The translations under genes and the position numbers were made by a program. Shown piece after piece: positions 39,209 through 50,540 of a stretch of DNA of 64,000 nucleotides. The stretch lies in assembly GCA_018242545.1 (NCBI GenBank), contig JAFEBT010000002.1, positions 4,973 to 68,972 on the forward strand, in the 5' to 3' direction. Numbering within the stretch: the stretch's first letter is position 1; every line of letters begins with the position of its first letter. The notes below the pieces were generated by a model that was not told where the DNA came from, ran no database searches, and saw only the letters and a list, made by a program, of their open reading frames with translations. Origin of the DNA: Pseudomonadota bacterium. Lineage in GTDB: Bacteria > Pseudomonadota > Alphaproteobacteria > 16-39-46.

Positions 39209-40498
39209 TCACTCTTCAAAAGTTTTTTCATCCACGGGTGATGAAGGAGCAGTAACCCGCAATAATGTAATTTGATTGCGCGTTCTTTCTACAATTTCAA
39301 TCCGAAACCCATGAATCATAAAAACTTGCCCCTGTTCAGGGATCTTTGCTGTTTCATATAAAATGAGCCCAGCAAGGGTTGCAGCCTCTTCATCTGGGAG
39401 CTTCCATTCAAATTCACGATTTAAATCTCGAATTGTCACGAATCCAGCCACAAGAAATGAGCCACCTGGCTCAACCGTAACTCCTTTAATATTAACATCG
39501 TATTCATCAGCAATATCTCCAACGATTTCTTCTAAAATATCTTCAAGCGTTATCGTTCCTAATAAAGCACCATACTCATCAACAACCAATGAAAAATGTT
39601 CACGGCGATCACGAAAGGCCTGCAATTGTGCAAGGAGTGTTGTGGTCTCAGGAATGAACCAAGGTTTTGTTGCAACTTTTAAAATATCCATTTTATCGAG
39701 GGGTCCTTTATGAGACCGAACAGCTCTTAAGAGCTCTTTTACATGAAGAATTCCAATAATATTATCAGGATTATTTTTCCATATGGGAAGACGCGTATAG
39801 GGACTTTTTAAAACTTGATCTACAATTTCTGATGGTGGCAAGTCAGCATTAACCATCGTCACATTTTTCCGATGAACAATGATTTCATCCACTGTCACTG
39901 AATCAAGATCTAAGATGCTATTAATCATAGCGCGTTCATGAATAACCTCAACACGCGTTCCAACATGATAATCAATAATTCCTCTTAATTCTTCTCGAAC
40001 AGACGCAAAGGAAGCTTCTGGTTTAATTTCAACATTCAAAAAAGATAAAAATATCCGGGCAAGATACCTTAAAAGGCTTGTAATAGGACTTGCGATCCTC
40101 ACAAGAACCCCAACAATAGGCGCAACAAACAAACCAACTTTTTCTGGGTTATTCACAGCAAACATTTTTGGAACGACTTCTCCAAAAAATAAAACAAATA
40201 CCGTCATAACGACGGTTGTATAAGCAATACCAGCTTCTCCTGCAAGCGTCATAAAAACACCTGTCGCCAAAGAAGAAGCGCATGTATTTGCAAGTGTATT
40301 ATAAAGGAGAACTGATCCAATAACTTGCTCAATACGGTCTTGTAAGGATTCAACCAAGGCAGCTTTTTTAGAGCCCTTTTTTCGAAGCTGAAATAATTTA
40401 AAACGTGACGCAGACAAAAGAGCTGTTTCAGAAGCTGAAAGATAGGCAGAAATTCCAAGCAGCCCAAATATAATTAATGAGGATATTAAAATAGCCAT
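39209..40498 (-). CDS. hemolysin-family/CNNM (DUF21-CBS pair-CorC_HlyC) membrane protein, TlyC-like
   Basis: 429 aa with N-terminal TM helices, tandem CBS-like segments and a C-terminal transporter-associated domain. Confidence 0.8.
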   Translation of the reverse strand: MAILISSLIIFGLLGISAYLSASETALLSASRFKLFQLRKKGSKKAALVESLQDRIEQVIGSVLLYNTLANTCASSLATGVFMTLAGEAGIAYTTVVMTVFVLFFGEVVPKMFAVNNPEKVGLFVAPIVGVLVRIASPITSLLRYLARIFLSFLNVEIKPEASFASVREELRGIIDYHVGTRVEVIHERAMINSILDLDSVTVDEIIVHRKNVTMVNADLPPSEIVDQVLKSPYTRLPIWKNNPDNIIGILHVKELLRAVRSHKGPLDKMDILKVATKPWFIPETTTLLAQLQAFRDRREHFSLVVDEYGALLGTITLEDILEEIVGDIADEYDVNIKGVTVEPGGSFLVAGFVTIRDLNREFEWKLPDEEAATLAGLILYETAKIPEQGQVFMIHGFRIEIVERTRNQITLLRVTAPSSPVDEKTFEE

Positions 40499-40507
40499 GA
40501 GATTTTC

Positions 40508-41908
40508 TTACTCCTTATTTTTTAGTGTATGATCATTTTTTTCTAAGAGAACGTCAAGATCCTCGGCAGCAGAAGACATTTGGGTATTGCGAATGTGATG
40601 ATCAAGTGGTTTTAAAATGTCAATTCCTTCACCCTCAGGAACAGCTTCAAGGTCTTTAAACTTCCGTGCTGTAACAAGAATCCTGCTTTCAAAAGTTCCA
40701 ACTGTTTGGTTATAGGCATCAACAGCCCCACCCAATGACCGCCCTAAACGTGTTAAATATTTTCCCATCCCCTCAAGCCGATTATAAAGATCTTTGCCAA
40801 GGTCCGATATTTTTCGAGCATTTTCAGCAATTTTTTCTTGTCGCCATCCATAACTTACAGCTCTAAGCAAAGCAATGAGCGTTGTCGGCGTTGAAAGAAT
40901 AACTTTTTGATCAACACCAAGCTCGATAAGAGTTGGGTCTTGATCAAGTGCTGCACTAAAAAAAGACTCTCCTGGCAAAAACAAAACAACAAATTCAGGA
41001 GAATGGGAGAATTGATCCCAATAACTCCGTTGAGAAAGAGCGTAAATGTGTGATTTAACTTGACGCGCATGCTCTCTCAACTTTTCAAGACGCGTTGCTT
41101 CATCGTGCGCCTCAAGAGATTCAAGATATGCCATAAGAGGAACTTTTGAGTCAATAATGATACTCTTTCCCCCTGGGAGTTTTACAATCATATCAGGGCG
41201 CGTTCGACGCATGTTTTCGTCTTCACCTTGGACTTGCTCTAAAAAATCGCATTGAGAAACCATGCCTGCCATTTCGACAACACGTCGAAGTTGTATTTCC
41301 CCCCATCGTCCGCGCACATGAGGCGTTCTGAGTGCTTTCACAAGATTTGTCGTTTCTTTTTTTAAATCTCTTTGTGTCTCAACAAGATCATGAATCTGCT
41401 GCTTTATAGATTCATAAGCCCCAATACGTGACTTTTCAACTTCATGAATTTTATGATCTAAGACCCCAAGTGTTTCTTTTAAAGGAATCATCATTTCTTC
41501 AATGGATTTATGCCGTTGTGCCATATCTCCTATAGATTTATCATGAAATTTCTCAAACACACTTTGCGCAAGATCCAAAAAGGACTGGTTGTTTGCACGC
41601 AAAGCATCTGCAGAAAGGCCTTTAAAGGTTGTCATTAAACGCTGTTCTGCTTCTTCCAAAAGCTTAATTTTATCCTGAAAATTTTGACACTGAGTTTCAA
41701 AAATTGTTCTTTTTTCAATTTCTTCTAAAATTTTTGAATGAAGAAGAGCATTGGATGCTTGTTCTCTTTCTAATTGACCTTCTGTCTCCGTTAAAATATG
41801 TTTTATACTGGAATATTTAAAATGCAGATAGATCCATAAAAAAAGTCCTCCTCCACAAAAGCATAGGAGTCCAAAGACAATCTCGTAAAAATTACCTATT
41901 ATCGACAC
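40508..41908 (-). CDS. rmuC: DNA recombination protein RmuC
   Basis: 466 aa with an N-terminal TM and coiled coil, plus RmuC C-terminal nuclease-like domain blocks ([30 protein letters not shown]). Confidence 0.85.
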   Translation of the reverse strand: MSIIGNFYEIVFGLLCFCGGGLFLWIYLHFKYSSIKHILTETEGQLEREQASNALLHSKILEEIEKRTIFETQCQNFQDKIKLLEEAEQRLMTTFKGLSADALRANNQSFLDLAQSVFEKFHDKSIGDMAQRHKSIEEMMIPLKETLGVLDHKIHEVEKSRIGAYESIKQQIHDLVETQRDLKKETTNLVKALRTPHVRGRWGEIQLRRVVEMAGMVSQCDFLEQVQGEDENMRRTRPDMIVKLPGGKSIIIDSKVPLMAYLESLEAHDEATRLEKLREHARQVKSHIYALSQRSYWDQFSHSPEFVVLFLPGESFFSAALDQDPTLIELGVDQKVILSTPTTLIALLRAVSYGWRQEKIAENARKISDLGKDLYNRLEGMGKYLTRLGRSLGGAVDAYNQTVGTFESRILVTARKFKDLEAVPEGEGIDILKPLDHHIRNTQMSSAAEDLDVLLEKNDHTLKNKE

Positions 41909-42109
41909 GATATATTTCTTTCTTCATTTTTGGATCTTTCTTTTAAAACACTTATGGTCTATTAACTTAATAGAGTGAGGAGAAAAGTACAATCTTTCTT
42001 AGTGATTTCTCTTCAAAAAAGGTTTTTTAACGCGTGCATCTTCTTCTAATTTCTTTTCGGTTCAAAATCGATTCTTACTTTAACATATCAATTTTAACAT
42101 GAGGGACAC

Positions 42110-43366
42110 ATGTATATCCAAGGACTTTTTGGTATTTTATTTTTTGTAAGTTTATGTTGGATTCTGAGTGAAGATCGAAAAAAAGTAAGTCTTAAAGCAA
42201 TTCTTATTGGCCTTTTTACCCAATTTATTCTTGCCCTTGCTTTAACTGAAATTAGTTTTATTCGAGATTTTTTCTTAACACTTGGACGGGGCGTTACCAT
42301 TTTGAAAGAAGCAACACTTCAAGGAACAAGCTTTGTTTTTGGATATATCGGAGGAGGCGCTGTTCCTTTTCATGTCGTCGAAAATGGAAATACCTTTAGT
42401 ATGGCGTTTCAAGCTCTTCCGCTTATTTTTGTTGTAAGTGCGATTTCAATGCTTCTTTTTTATTGGCGTATTCTGCCTGCTGTTGTGCGTGGACTTTCTT
42501 GGTTTCTTCAACGAATTATGGGCATTGGAGGAGCTTTGGGTGTCTGTGGTGCTGCAAAAGTTTTTTTAGGGCAAACCGAAGCTCCCCTTCTGATTCGTCC
42601 TTATCTAAATGATCTTTCGAGAAGTGAACTTTTTACAGTCATGACGCTCGGGATGGCAACAACTTCGGGAACCATTATGGCTTTGTATGCAGCGATTTTA
42701 GAATCTTCAGTTCCAAATGTTCTCTCTCATATTTTAACAGCTTCCATTATTAGCGTGCCGGCTGCTATTACCCTCTCACGCATTATGATCCCTCAAGTAG
42801 GCGCTGTTACATCTGGGAATCTTGTTATGCCTTATGAATTTACGAGTACCATGGATGCCATTTCAAGAGGGGCCTCCGATGGAATTCGTCTCTTTATCAA
42901 TATCGTCGCGGTTTTAATTGTCTTTGTTGCCCTCGTTGCTCTTCTTAATAAAGGACTGACGTATTTTGTTCCAAATATTTATGGGGAACCTTTAACACTT
43001 CAAAGAATTTTAGGAACCATCATGGCTCCTTTTACATGGCTTATGGGGATACCTTGGGCAGACGCGAAAATCGCTGGAAGTCTTTTAGGAACCAAAACAA
43101 TTTTAAATGAAATTTATGCATTCAGTGAACTTTCAAAAATGTCCCATGAAACCTTAAGCCCTCACAGCCGTTTAATTATGGTTTATGCTTTGTGTGGATT
43201 TGCAAACTTTTCAAGTATTGGAATCCAAATTGGAGGCCTTGGCATGATGGCCCCAGAAAGAAGGAAAGACATTATTTCTCTCGGATTTAAGGCTGTATTT
43301 GCTGGAACCCTGTCAACGATGTTGTCAGGGACAATTGTTGGACTTTTGTCTTATCTTCACCCCTGA
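42110..43366 (+). CDS. NupC/CNT family nucleoside transporter
   Basis: 418 aa, multi-TM, with NupC-family blocks (GTSFVFGY, MTLGMATTSGT, LCGFANFSSIGIQIGG). Confidence 0.85.
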   Translation: MYIQGLFGILFFVSLCWILSEDRKKVSLKAILIGLFTQFILALALTEISFIRDFFLTLGRGVTILKEATLQGTSFVFGYIGGGAVPFHVVENGNTFSMAFQALPLIFVVSAISMLLFYWRILPAVVRGLSWFLQRIMGIGGALGVCGAAKVFLGQTEAPLLIRPYLNDLSRSELFTVMTLGMATTSGTIMALYAAILESSVPNVLSHILTASIISVPAAITLSRIMIPQVGAVTSGNLVMPYEFTSTMDAISRGASDGIRLFINIVAVLIVFVALVALLNKGLTYFVPNIYGEPLTLQRILGTIMAPFTWLMGIPWADAKIAGSLLGTKTILNEIYAFSELSKMSHETLSPHSRLIMVYALCGFANFSSIGIQIGGLGMMAPERRKDIISLGFKAVFAGTLSTMLSGTIVGLLSYLHP

Positions 43367-43387
43367 GCATGAGGAGGATTAAAATAC

Positions 43388-45580
43388 ATGAACCATGACA
43401 TTTTATCCTCTTTTTCTTTTTTGGAAACCTTAAACACGCCTCAACAACAAGCTGTCCTAAATCTTGATGGGCCCCTTCTTGTTCTTGCAGGAGCTGGCAC
43501 CGGAAAAACACGTGTTTTGATTTCACGTATTGTCCATATTCTCAATACCCAGAGAGCCTATCCTTCCGAAATTCTTGCCGTTACATTTACAAATAAAGCA
43601 GCACAAGAAATGAAACAACGGGTTGGAGATCTCCTTGGTCATTCTGTTGAAGGGCTTTGGCTTGGAACTTTTCATTCACTTTGTTCGCGTATACTCAGAA
43701 GTCATGCTGAACTCTTGGGCCTTGAAACTTCGTTTACAATTTTAGATAAAGATGATCAACTTCGTCTTATCAAAGAGCTTTTAAAGCTTGAAAATATAGA
43801 TGATAAACACTATCCAGCACGTGCTTATGAATATGCAATTAGCCGTTTAAAAGATCAAGCTTTAACACCTGAACAAATATCCCATGCTCCGAAAGAGCTT
43901 TTAACGCTTCCCAAAGTCTCTCATATATACACGCTCTATCAACAACGATTGAAAATTTTAAATGCTGTCGATTTTGGAGATCTTATTCTTCATACCATAA
44001 CACTCTTTAGATCATTTCCGGATGTTTTAGAGCATTATCAGAATAAATTTAAATTCATTCTTGTTGATGAATACCAAGATACGAATATTGCACAGTATCT
44101 ATGGCTGCGTCTTCTTGCTCAAAAAACACATTCCATTTGTTGCGTTGGAGATGATGATCAATCTATTTATGGTTGGCGTGGCGCTGAAGTTGGTAATATT
44201 TTGCGCTTTGAACAAGACTTTAAAGACGCCCAAATTATAAGACTTGAGCAAAATTATAGATCGACTCCCCATATTCTCAAAGCAGCATCCCATCTTATCT
44301 CCCATAATGAAGGCCGACTTGGCAAAACCCTTTGGACAGAAGAAAGTAGTGGCCATAAAATTAAGGTTAAAGGAATGTGGGATGGAAGCGAAGAAGCCCG
44401 CTTTGTAAGCGATGAAATTGAAAATCTTCACCTCAAGGGATATCCTTTGTCAGAAATGGCAATTTTAGTAAGAGCGGGGTTTCAAACACGTTCTTTTGAA
44501 GAACGTCTTTTAAATATCGCGATTCCTTATCGCGTAATTGGTGGACTTCGTTTTTACGAACGTCTTGAAATTAGAGATGCCATTGCTTACTTACGAATTG
44601 TGGTTCAGCCCCGAGACAGTCTTGCTTTTGAGCGTATTTTAAATACACCCCGTCGAGGCATTGGAGAAACAACGGTTCAACTTTTGCATGAAACAGCCCG
44701 TGAGCAGAATTTAAGCTTGCTGGAGGCGGCTCGATTTTTGCTCCAAACCGTTATGATTAAAGGGGCAGCTCAACGTGGGCTAACAACACTTCTTTCAAAC
44801 CTTTCGCAGTGGAGCAGTCTTCTTTCTCAAGAAGAGCCTTCTCTGTTAGCCAAGCGTATTTTAGAAGAATCAGGGTACACTGATTTTTGGGCGCAAGACA
44901 AATCTCCCGATGCCCCTGGCCGCCTTGAAAACCTTAAAGAACTCGTGACTGCAATTCAGGAGTTTCCGAGCCTTACAGGATTCTTAGAGCATATCTCACT
45001 TATTATGGACAATGCCGCTCAAACGCAAGGGGATCAAGTCACCCTTATGACACTCCACAGTGCGAAAGGTTTAGAGTTTCAAACTGTCTTTCTTGTGGGG
45101 TGGGAAGAAAATGTGTTTCCCCATGCAAGGTCTCTCAATGAGCAAGGTAAAAAAGGCTTAGAAGAAGAACGTCGGCTTGCTTATGTCGGAATCACCCGGG
45201 CGCGATCAAATGTCTACATTACATATGCAGCCAACCGACAGATCTACAATCAATGGCAGTCTTCTTATCCTTCTCGCTTTATTCAAGAGCTTCCAAACGA
45301 AGATATTGAACATGAAGGTCTCCAAGGCATGCATTTTTCCCAAAGTTTTCAAGAAAAGCCCGCTTTCTCTTCAACTTTCACAAAATTTTCTGAAAAAAGA
45401 AGCTTTTCATTTCCCTCATCAACACAAAAACAGAGTCTGTACAAGATTAGAGAACGTGTCTTTCATGAAAAGTTTGGTTATGGCATCATCCAATCTATTG
45501 AGGGTGATCGATTAGAAATTGATTTTGATAAAGCAGGCCTTAAGAAAATAATCTCTGACTTTATCTCCAAGGCTTCTTAA
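43388..45580 (+). CDS. uvrD: UvrD/PcrA-family ATP-dependent DNA helicase
   Basis: 730 aa. Motif I LAGAGTGKT, motif II VDEYQDTN and downstream UvrD helicase motifs are present. Confidence 0.9.
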   Translation: MNHDILSSFSFLETLNTPQQQAVLNLDGPLLVLAGAGTGKTRVLISRIVHILNTQRAYPSEILAVTFTNKAAQEMKQRVGDLLGHSVEGLWLGTFHSLCSRILRSHAELLGLETSFTILDKDDQLRLIKELLKLENIDDKHYPARAYEYAISRLKDQALTPEQISHAPKELLTLPKVSHIYTLYQQRLKILNAVDFGDLILHTITLFRSFPDVLEHYQNKFKFILVDEYQDTNIAQYLWLRLLAQKTHSICCVGDDDQSIYGWRGAEVGNILRFEQDFKDAQIIRLEQNYRSTPHILKAASHLISHNEGRLGKTLWTEESSGHKIKVKGMWDGSEEARFVSDEIENLHLKGYPLSEMAILVRAGFQTRSFEERLLNIAIPYRVIGGLRFYERLEIRDAIAYLRIVVQPRDSLAFERILNTPRRGIGETTVQLLHETAREQNLSLLEAARFLLQTVMIKGAAQRGLTTLLSNLSQWSSLLSQEEPSLLAKRILEESGYTDFWAQDKSPDAPGRLENLKELVTAIQEFPSLTGFLEHISLIMDNAAQTQGDQVTLMTLHSAKGLEFQTVFLVGWEENVFPHARSLNEQGKKGLEEERRLAYVGITRARSNVYITYAANRQIYNQWQSSYPSRFIQELPNEDIEHEGLQGMHFSQSFQEKPAFSSTFTKFSEKRSFSFPSSTQKQSLYKIRERVFHEKFGYGIIQSIEGDRLEIDFDKAGLKKIISDFISKAS

Positions 45581-45581
45581 G

Positions 45582-46487
45582 ATGACATCTCACCCCTCTC
45601 TTATAACGCTTTCTTTTGAAACCACTGAGTCTCAAGCTTCCTTTTTTCTTGAGACTTTAGATCCTTTTTGTCTTTCTCTGTCTTGTTTTGAAAATATAGA
45701 AAACCCACTTAAATGGACTGTGGAAGCTCTTTTAGAAGACTCTGAAGAAATGCACCATCTGTTTATGAGCGCCCTTGAAAATATTTCTCAGAGTCAACAA
45801 TATGAAATTCCAAAAATTAAAGTGACCTCAGTTCCTTCAAAAAATTGGGTTCTTGAAACATACCAGGCATTTCCTCCTCTCATGATTGGACCGTTCTATA
45901 TTCATGGAAGCCATACAACAGATGCTTGCCCTGAAGGGCTTATCCCACTTCAAATTAATGCCGCAACCGCTTTTGGATCTGGCGAACATGCTACAACAAA
46001 AGGATGCCTTATGCTCCTTTATGACCTTTGGATCTTAAAGAAAGTCTCTTCTGATCCTCCTCTTTCTTTTTTAGATGTGGGAACGGGCTCTGGAATTTTA
46101 GCCTTTGCGATGGCCGGCCTTTTTAAAACAAGGGTAATTGCCCTTGATAATGATCCTGAATCCATTCGTGTAACAAACGAAAACACCCATTTAAATAATC
46201 TATCTGATAAAATTGAGACATATCTGAGCGAAGGATTCGACATTCTTAAAAAAAGAAACGCACCTCCCTTCAGTGTAATCATGGCGAATATTTTAAAAGA
46301 CCCGCTTCTTGAAATGGCTGAAGACATGGGTTTTTATACACAAAAAAACGGCTATATTATTCTCTCTGGGCTTCTCACAACACAAGCCTTAGAGGTTATT
46401 AAACACTATGAAAAAGCAGGGTTTAAGTTTCTAAAAAGTTATGAAGAAAAAGAATGGTCTGCTCTTTTGCTTCAAAAAAGCACTTAA
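45582..46487 (+). CDS. prmA: ribosomal protein L11 methyltransferase
   Basis: SAM-binding motif LDVGTGSGILA and the overall PrmA length and architecture. Confidence 0.8.
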   Translation: MTSHPSLITLSFETTESQASFFLETLDPFCLSLSCFENIENPLKWTVEALLEDSEEMHHLFMSALENISQSQQYEIPKIKVTSVPSKNWVLETYQAFPPLMIGPFYIHGSHTTDACPEGLIPLQINAATAFGSGEHATTKGCLMLLYDLWILKKVSSDPPLSFLDVGTGSGILAFAMAGLFKTRVIALDNDPESIRVTNENTHLNNLSDKIETYLSEGFDILKKRNAPPFSVIMANILKDPLLEMAEDMGFYTQKNGYIILSGLLTTQALEVIKHYEKAGFKFLKSYEEKEWSALLLQKST

Positions 46488-46509
46488 AACATCTTTTGAG
46501 CTGTCTCTT

Positions 46510-47256
46510 TTATTTTAAAGTTTCTGGATGATATCTAAAATAAATAGCACTTTCGTTCTTTAGATCTCTCAAGATAATTTTCCAGATACCGTCTCCTGAT
46601 TCTAAATTTGCATAGAATTGAACTGATCCTTCTTCCATTTTACTCTCTAAAACTCCATCAAATGTTCTGAAGAATAACTTCAAAAAAATTTGATCTCTAT
46701 CATTTTCTAGGGGAGGCTTAATAAGACTTGAAATGGATTTAAGTCGTGTATTTAACTTCGCCACTTTCTGGCATTCAGCTTCAGAAAATGTCTGCATAAA
46801 AAGCATTTCTATTAACGGTTTTTGATCTGTGTACTTATCTTTTTTAAAGAGAATTCTAAAAGAAGGATTTGCTCCTTTCGTAAGAGAAGAAATATCTAAG
46901 CAGCCAAAACGTGTGATCAAAGAGCGTCGATAAAAATTAAAAAGTTTCAAAAAATCTTCTGGATTTTGAAATCCTTCCGTTAAAAGACGTTCCTCTTCCT
47001 CTAAAGTTATCTCTTCTTCTTCAGGTAATTTTGCACCTGAAACCATTGCATATTCTGAGGAACCTTCTTGCACAATCTTATTCATCTCTTCTCGTAAAGG
47101 TTTTCTTTTTTTTACAGGACTTCTACGCGTCAGACGCGAAGGCCCATCCGTTTTTCCTGGATCATCAAAACCAAAACACGTTTCTCCTAAAAAGAATAGG
47201 AATAAAACACTTAAAGCCAATCTTAAAGCAAAGATATTTTGTTTTTTATGCATCAT
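46510..47256 (-). CDS. hypothetical secreted protein (248 aa)
   Basis: Signal peptide (LALSVLFLFFLGETCFG). No known motif. Confidence 0.55.
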   Translation of the reverse strand: MMHKKQNIFALRLALSVLFLFFLGETCFGFDDPGKTDGPSRLTRRSPVKKRKPLREEMNKIVQEGSSEYAMVSGAKLPEEEEITLEEEERLLTEGFQNPEDFLKLFNFYRRSLITRFGCLDISSLTKGANPSFRILFKKDKYTDQKPLIEMLFMQTFSEAECQKVAKLNTRLKSISSLIKPPLENDRDQIFLKLFFRTFDGVLESKMEEGSVQFYANLESGDGIWKIILRDLKNESAIYFRYHPETLK

Positions 47257-47307
47257 TTAGAATTTCCTTTTTTATTTATTTTTATACCCAAGGGAGATCT
47301 CAATGTT

Positions 47308-48258
47308 TCAAGGATATTCAAAACCTCCTGCACCATCTCCCACATATAAATATTCTCCTTCGGAAGAAGATGAGTCACCGTCCTGCGCGGCACCTGCAGT
47401 TGACATATATTCAGACTCTTCTTCATCTTCAGCCACCCTCATGTCTTCTTTGTGTGCCGGATATTCACTTTTTAGAGAAAGATTCTTAAGGCCCATTACT
47501 TCTGGAGCAACAAAATCATTTTGCGTTAAAACATCTTTAAAATATGTAACCTTTACAGCTCTATTGTTATCACTTTTTATAAGAACCGTACGCGTCTTTT
47601 TTTCTTCTGGAATACCATACCATGATAAAACATGTTGATGATTTAGAATGATACCGTCAAGCGCATTTAGGAAGAGCTTTATAGTAGAATAATCATTTAA
47701 ATTCCTTAAAGGCCGACGTAGAATACGAGAAAAATTATAAGGGTTTTTTTGCTTTACAAACGCCTTTTTCTGCTCTCCTTTTTCTTTCTTAGAAAATTCA
47801 GAAAAGTTACTTATAAATTCAATACTTACTAAAACTTTGCTCTGAGAAGCCTTATCTTCTTTGTTTTGATAGAGGAGTTCAAAAAGAGGATGCTCTCCAG
47901 GGGTAACATCTAATCTGAAAGCACTTTTCTCTGATTTGAGGTCGTCTGCAATTAAATGATTCACAATTTTCTGAAAATCTGTCGATGCTTCAAAAGCAGA
48001 ACTCCACAATGCTTGTATAGTTGGTACTTCTTTTTGACGTCGCACTTCTATTTGAGCATTTACTGCTTTTAATTTTTCCAAAAATTCATCTCTGTTCCTG
48101 CTTCTAATCGTAGAGTTTGTTTTGCGTCTCAAAGCCGTACCTGGTCGCGTTGCATCCGCAGAATCTTCCTCCAGGCATTGTCCCTCTTTTACAAAAAAAA
48201 GAAGTGAACACATCCAAATTCCGATAAAAATAAATAAAGAATGTTTTATATATGTCAT
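47308..48258 (-). CDS. hypothetical secreted protein (316 aa)
   Basis: Signal peptide (MTYIKHSLFIFIGIWMCSLLFFV). No known motif. Confidence 0.55.
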   Translation of the reverse strand: MTYIKHSLFIFIGIWMCSLLFFVKEGQCLEEDSADATRPGTALRRKTNSTIRSRNRDEFLEKLKAVNAQIEVRRQKEVPTIQALWSSAFEASTDFQKIVNHLIADDLKSEKSAFRLDVTPGEHPLFELLYQNKEDKASQSKVLVSIEFISNFSEFSKKEKGEQKKAFVKQKNPYNFSRILRRPLRNLNDYSTIKLFLNALDGIILNHQHVLSWYGIPEEKKTRTVLIKSDNNRAVKVTYFKDVLTQNDFVAPEVMGLKNLSLKSEYPAHKEDMRVAEDEEESEYMSTAGAAQDGDSSSSEGEYLYVGDGAGGFEYP

Positions 48259-48658
48259 CTACGCTTCTCCTTATTTTTTATTCCTATATGCTAATCTGCT
48301 CTTTTTCAAAAATCAACCTCTCTTAAGAAAGAAGCCTTAAAGAAGGCTCAAATACTTTAAAATATTTGAACATCTCGTTTCTATGTACAAAATTTTAAAA
48401 CTCTTTGCGATGAGTCATATTACCTTTTTTAAATGCGGGAAGAAAAAGGAGGCGAGATTATGAGAAGATGCATGTCCATATGGAGAAAACATGATGACGA
48501 TAATTAATAAAGAGGGCATGTTTATAAATGAAAAAAGAATATTTGATTAAAAAAGCCTGCTTTTAGGTATCTCAAAGACCAAAAGCTTTTTCTTTAAAAT
48601 AAGGACGATGAAGATTGTTCTTTTAGCGTTCTAGATTTTTAATTTTTCTGAGAAAGGA

Positions 48659-48703
48659 GAAATACCCTTAGAATAAAAAACTATTTTATTCTAAGGGTAT
48701 TTC
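48659..48703 (-). terminator. perfect 20-bp inverted repeat (GAAATACCCTTAGAATAAAA / TTTTATTCTAAGGGTATTTC, 5-nt loop), ~30 nt after the stop of the 48733..49383 gene
   Basis: Read directly. This is the strongest hairpin in the window. Confidence 0.55.
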
Positions 48704-48732
48704 TTATACATTGTGAATTAAACTTAATTTTC

Positions 48733-49383
48733 TTAAGGAAGCTCCCCAATTGCATAGAATCTTTTTACAACAGCTTCCGCTGGATAAAAAAATCTTAAAT
48801 TAAGTGTGCTCTCGTTAATTTCAGCCGCAAGCGGAGCAGCAGACATAACATTATTCTCAGGTCTTTCCCCTGAATGAAACAAGGTGCCTTCAATATAAAA
48901 ATCTTTTACGGCTCCATCTGGTAAAGAATACCTTATCTTTCCTTTTATGAATCCATTACCCATTTGAGAAACATTAAGATCACGTGCCTCATTAAATTGT
49001 GGATATTCAGAAAAATACGAGGCCACCCTAGTCCTAAAATTTATGGGATGTTGAAGCGCGAAAATCTCTCCTTCATTAGAATTAATTTCAATAAAATTTT
49101 CACAAGGAAGATTAAGCAGCGCCTTAAATCTTATTCCATTTCTCTGAGCATTGTCATTCCGATTGGCTTCCGCTTCACCCTGCACGGGCCCCACTTGGCC
49201 TGCATAAAGTTGCGCTTGTTCGTCACCAAGAAAAGCACGAATTGATTCCATTGGAAGAGGGAGAACCCTAATATGCGTTATCTCTTCGACGGGGTCCCTG
49301 TCCATAGCTTGCAGAGATTCCGTGATAAAGAAGCAGCCACTTAAAAGAGCAAGAAGAGATGTGTATAATAGAGGTTTTTTCAT
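48733..49383 (-). CDS. hypothetical secreted protein (216 aa)
   Basis: Signal peptide MKKPLLYTSLLALLSGCFFITESLQA. No known motif. Confidence 0.55.
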   Translation of the reverse strand: MKKPLLYTSLLALLSGCFFITESLQAMDRDPVEEITHIRVLPLPMESIRAFLGDEQAQLYAGQVGPVQGEAEANRNDNAQRNGIRFKALLNLPCENFIEINSNEGEIFALQHPINFRTRVASYFSEYPQFNEARDLNVSQMGNGFIKGKIRYSLPDGAVKDFYIEGTLFHSGERPENNVMSAAPLAAEINESTLNLRFFYPAEAVVKRFYAIGELP

Positions 49384-49575
49384 TATATTAATCCTTAAAA
49401 TAATTGTAAAACGAATAAAATATCATAAGGCATTATCGCTTATTCAGATATATAAATGTTCTATTTTCAAAATCAAGTTCTTTTGATTTTATTCAAGGTA
49501 AGTGAATGTAAATTCAAGAAAAAATAAAAGGCTTCAATCGCCTTTCACAGTTTTCTAAGACTATTTCTTTAAAAA

Positions 49576-50475
49576 CTAATCTTGCACTCTTTTCGGGCTA
49601 TCAACATTTTTATCAAATTGAATGCTAAGAGTTCCGGCAAGAATCACAACAATTCCAATAATTTGGATCCAACTTAACGATTCATGTAATAATAAAACGC
49701 CTATAATTACTGTCACAACAGGCTCTAAAACGGAAACAATAGAGGCTTTCGTCGAGTTAATATATTTTAAACTCATGAGGAGCAAAAAGAGAGGAAAAAC
49801 AGTTGCAATGATACTTACACCAAAAATATTTATCCAAATAAGAGAGGTCGTGGGGATAAAAAAACTATGATTAAAAAGAGAAAGTCCTAAAAAAAGAATC
49901 GCATTTCCGATAGAAATAACAAAAGAAGATAAAATGGGATTAAGATTTTGTGCCTGCTTTTTTGTAATCAGCATATAAAAAGAATAACTTATCCCTGCCA
50001 AAAACGCGAGAAAGATTCCATAAAAATCAAAAGTCATTTGACTGCGATCGCTGAGCAAAAAGATTCCAACCGCCGTTAAAATAAAAGAAATATAATAAAA
50101 AAGCGTAATTTTATAACGGTGAAAAAACCAATTTAAAAGAGCGACAATTGTGGGATAGGTGAAAAAAATCACCATTGCGAGTCCAGTTCCAATGTACTCA
50201 CTTGCAACAAAATAAAGCGCCGCACAGGCCCCATAGAAAAAAGCGCCCCCAAAAGCATAGAGGATTTGGCGTTTATCATATATAACCTCTTGAGCTGGAA
50301 TTAAAATCACTAAAAAAGCAAGTGTTGTTACAAAAAATCGCCAAAACAACATGTTAAAAACAGAAGAATGTCCTTCTGTTATAATCATCATTCCAAAATA
50401 AGCAAGAAACCCATAGAGCATTCCAGAAAGACTGGCGTAAAAGATTCCCTTATGTTGGCTTGATAATAATCTCAT
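49576..50475 (-). CDS. EamA/DMT-family transporter
   Basis: 299 aa with 10 TM segments and an EamA-like duplicated architecture. Confidence 0.8.
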   Translation of the reverse strand: MRLLSSQHKGIFYASLSGMLYGFLAYFGMMIITEGHSSVFNMLFWRFFVTTLAFLVILIPAQEVIYDKRQILYAFGGAFFYGACAALYFVASEYIGTGLAMVIFFTYPTIVALLNWFFHRYKITLFYYISFILTAVGIFLLSDRSQMTFDFYGIFLAFLAGISYSFYMLITKKQAQNLNPILSSFVISIGNAILFLGLSLFNHSFFIPTTSLIWINIFGVSIIATVFPLFLLLMSLKYINSTKASIVSVLEPVVTVIIGVLLLHESLSWIQIIGIVVILAGTLSIQFDKNVDSPKRVQD

Positions 50476-50540
50476 TTTTCTTAACTTTCTAAAAAATCTT
50501 TAATCTTCCAATAAAGAAACTTAAATTTTTTTCTTTTACC

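Noticed and set aside
42094-42300. 68-aa minus-strand ORF overlapping the NupC start
   Set aside because: It lies antisense to the N-terminus of a confidently called transporter gene and has a basic low-complexity translation. It is spurious.
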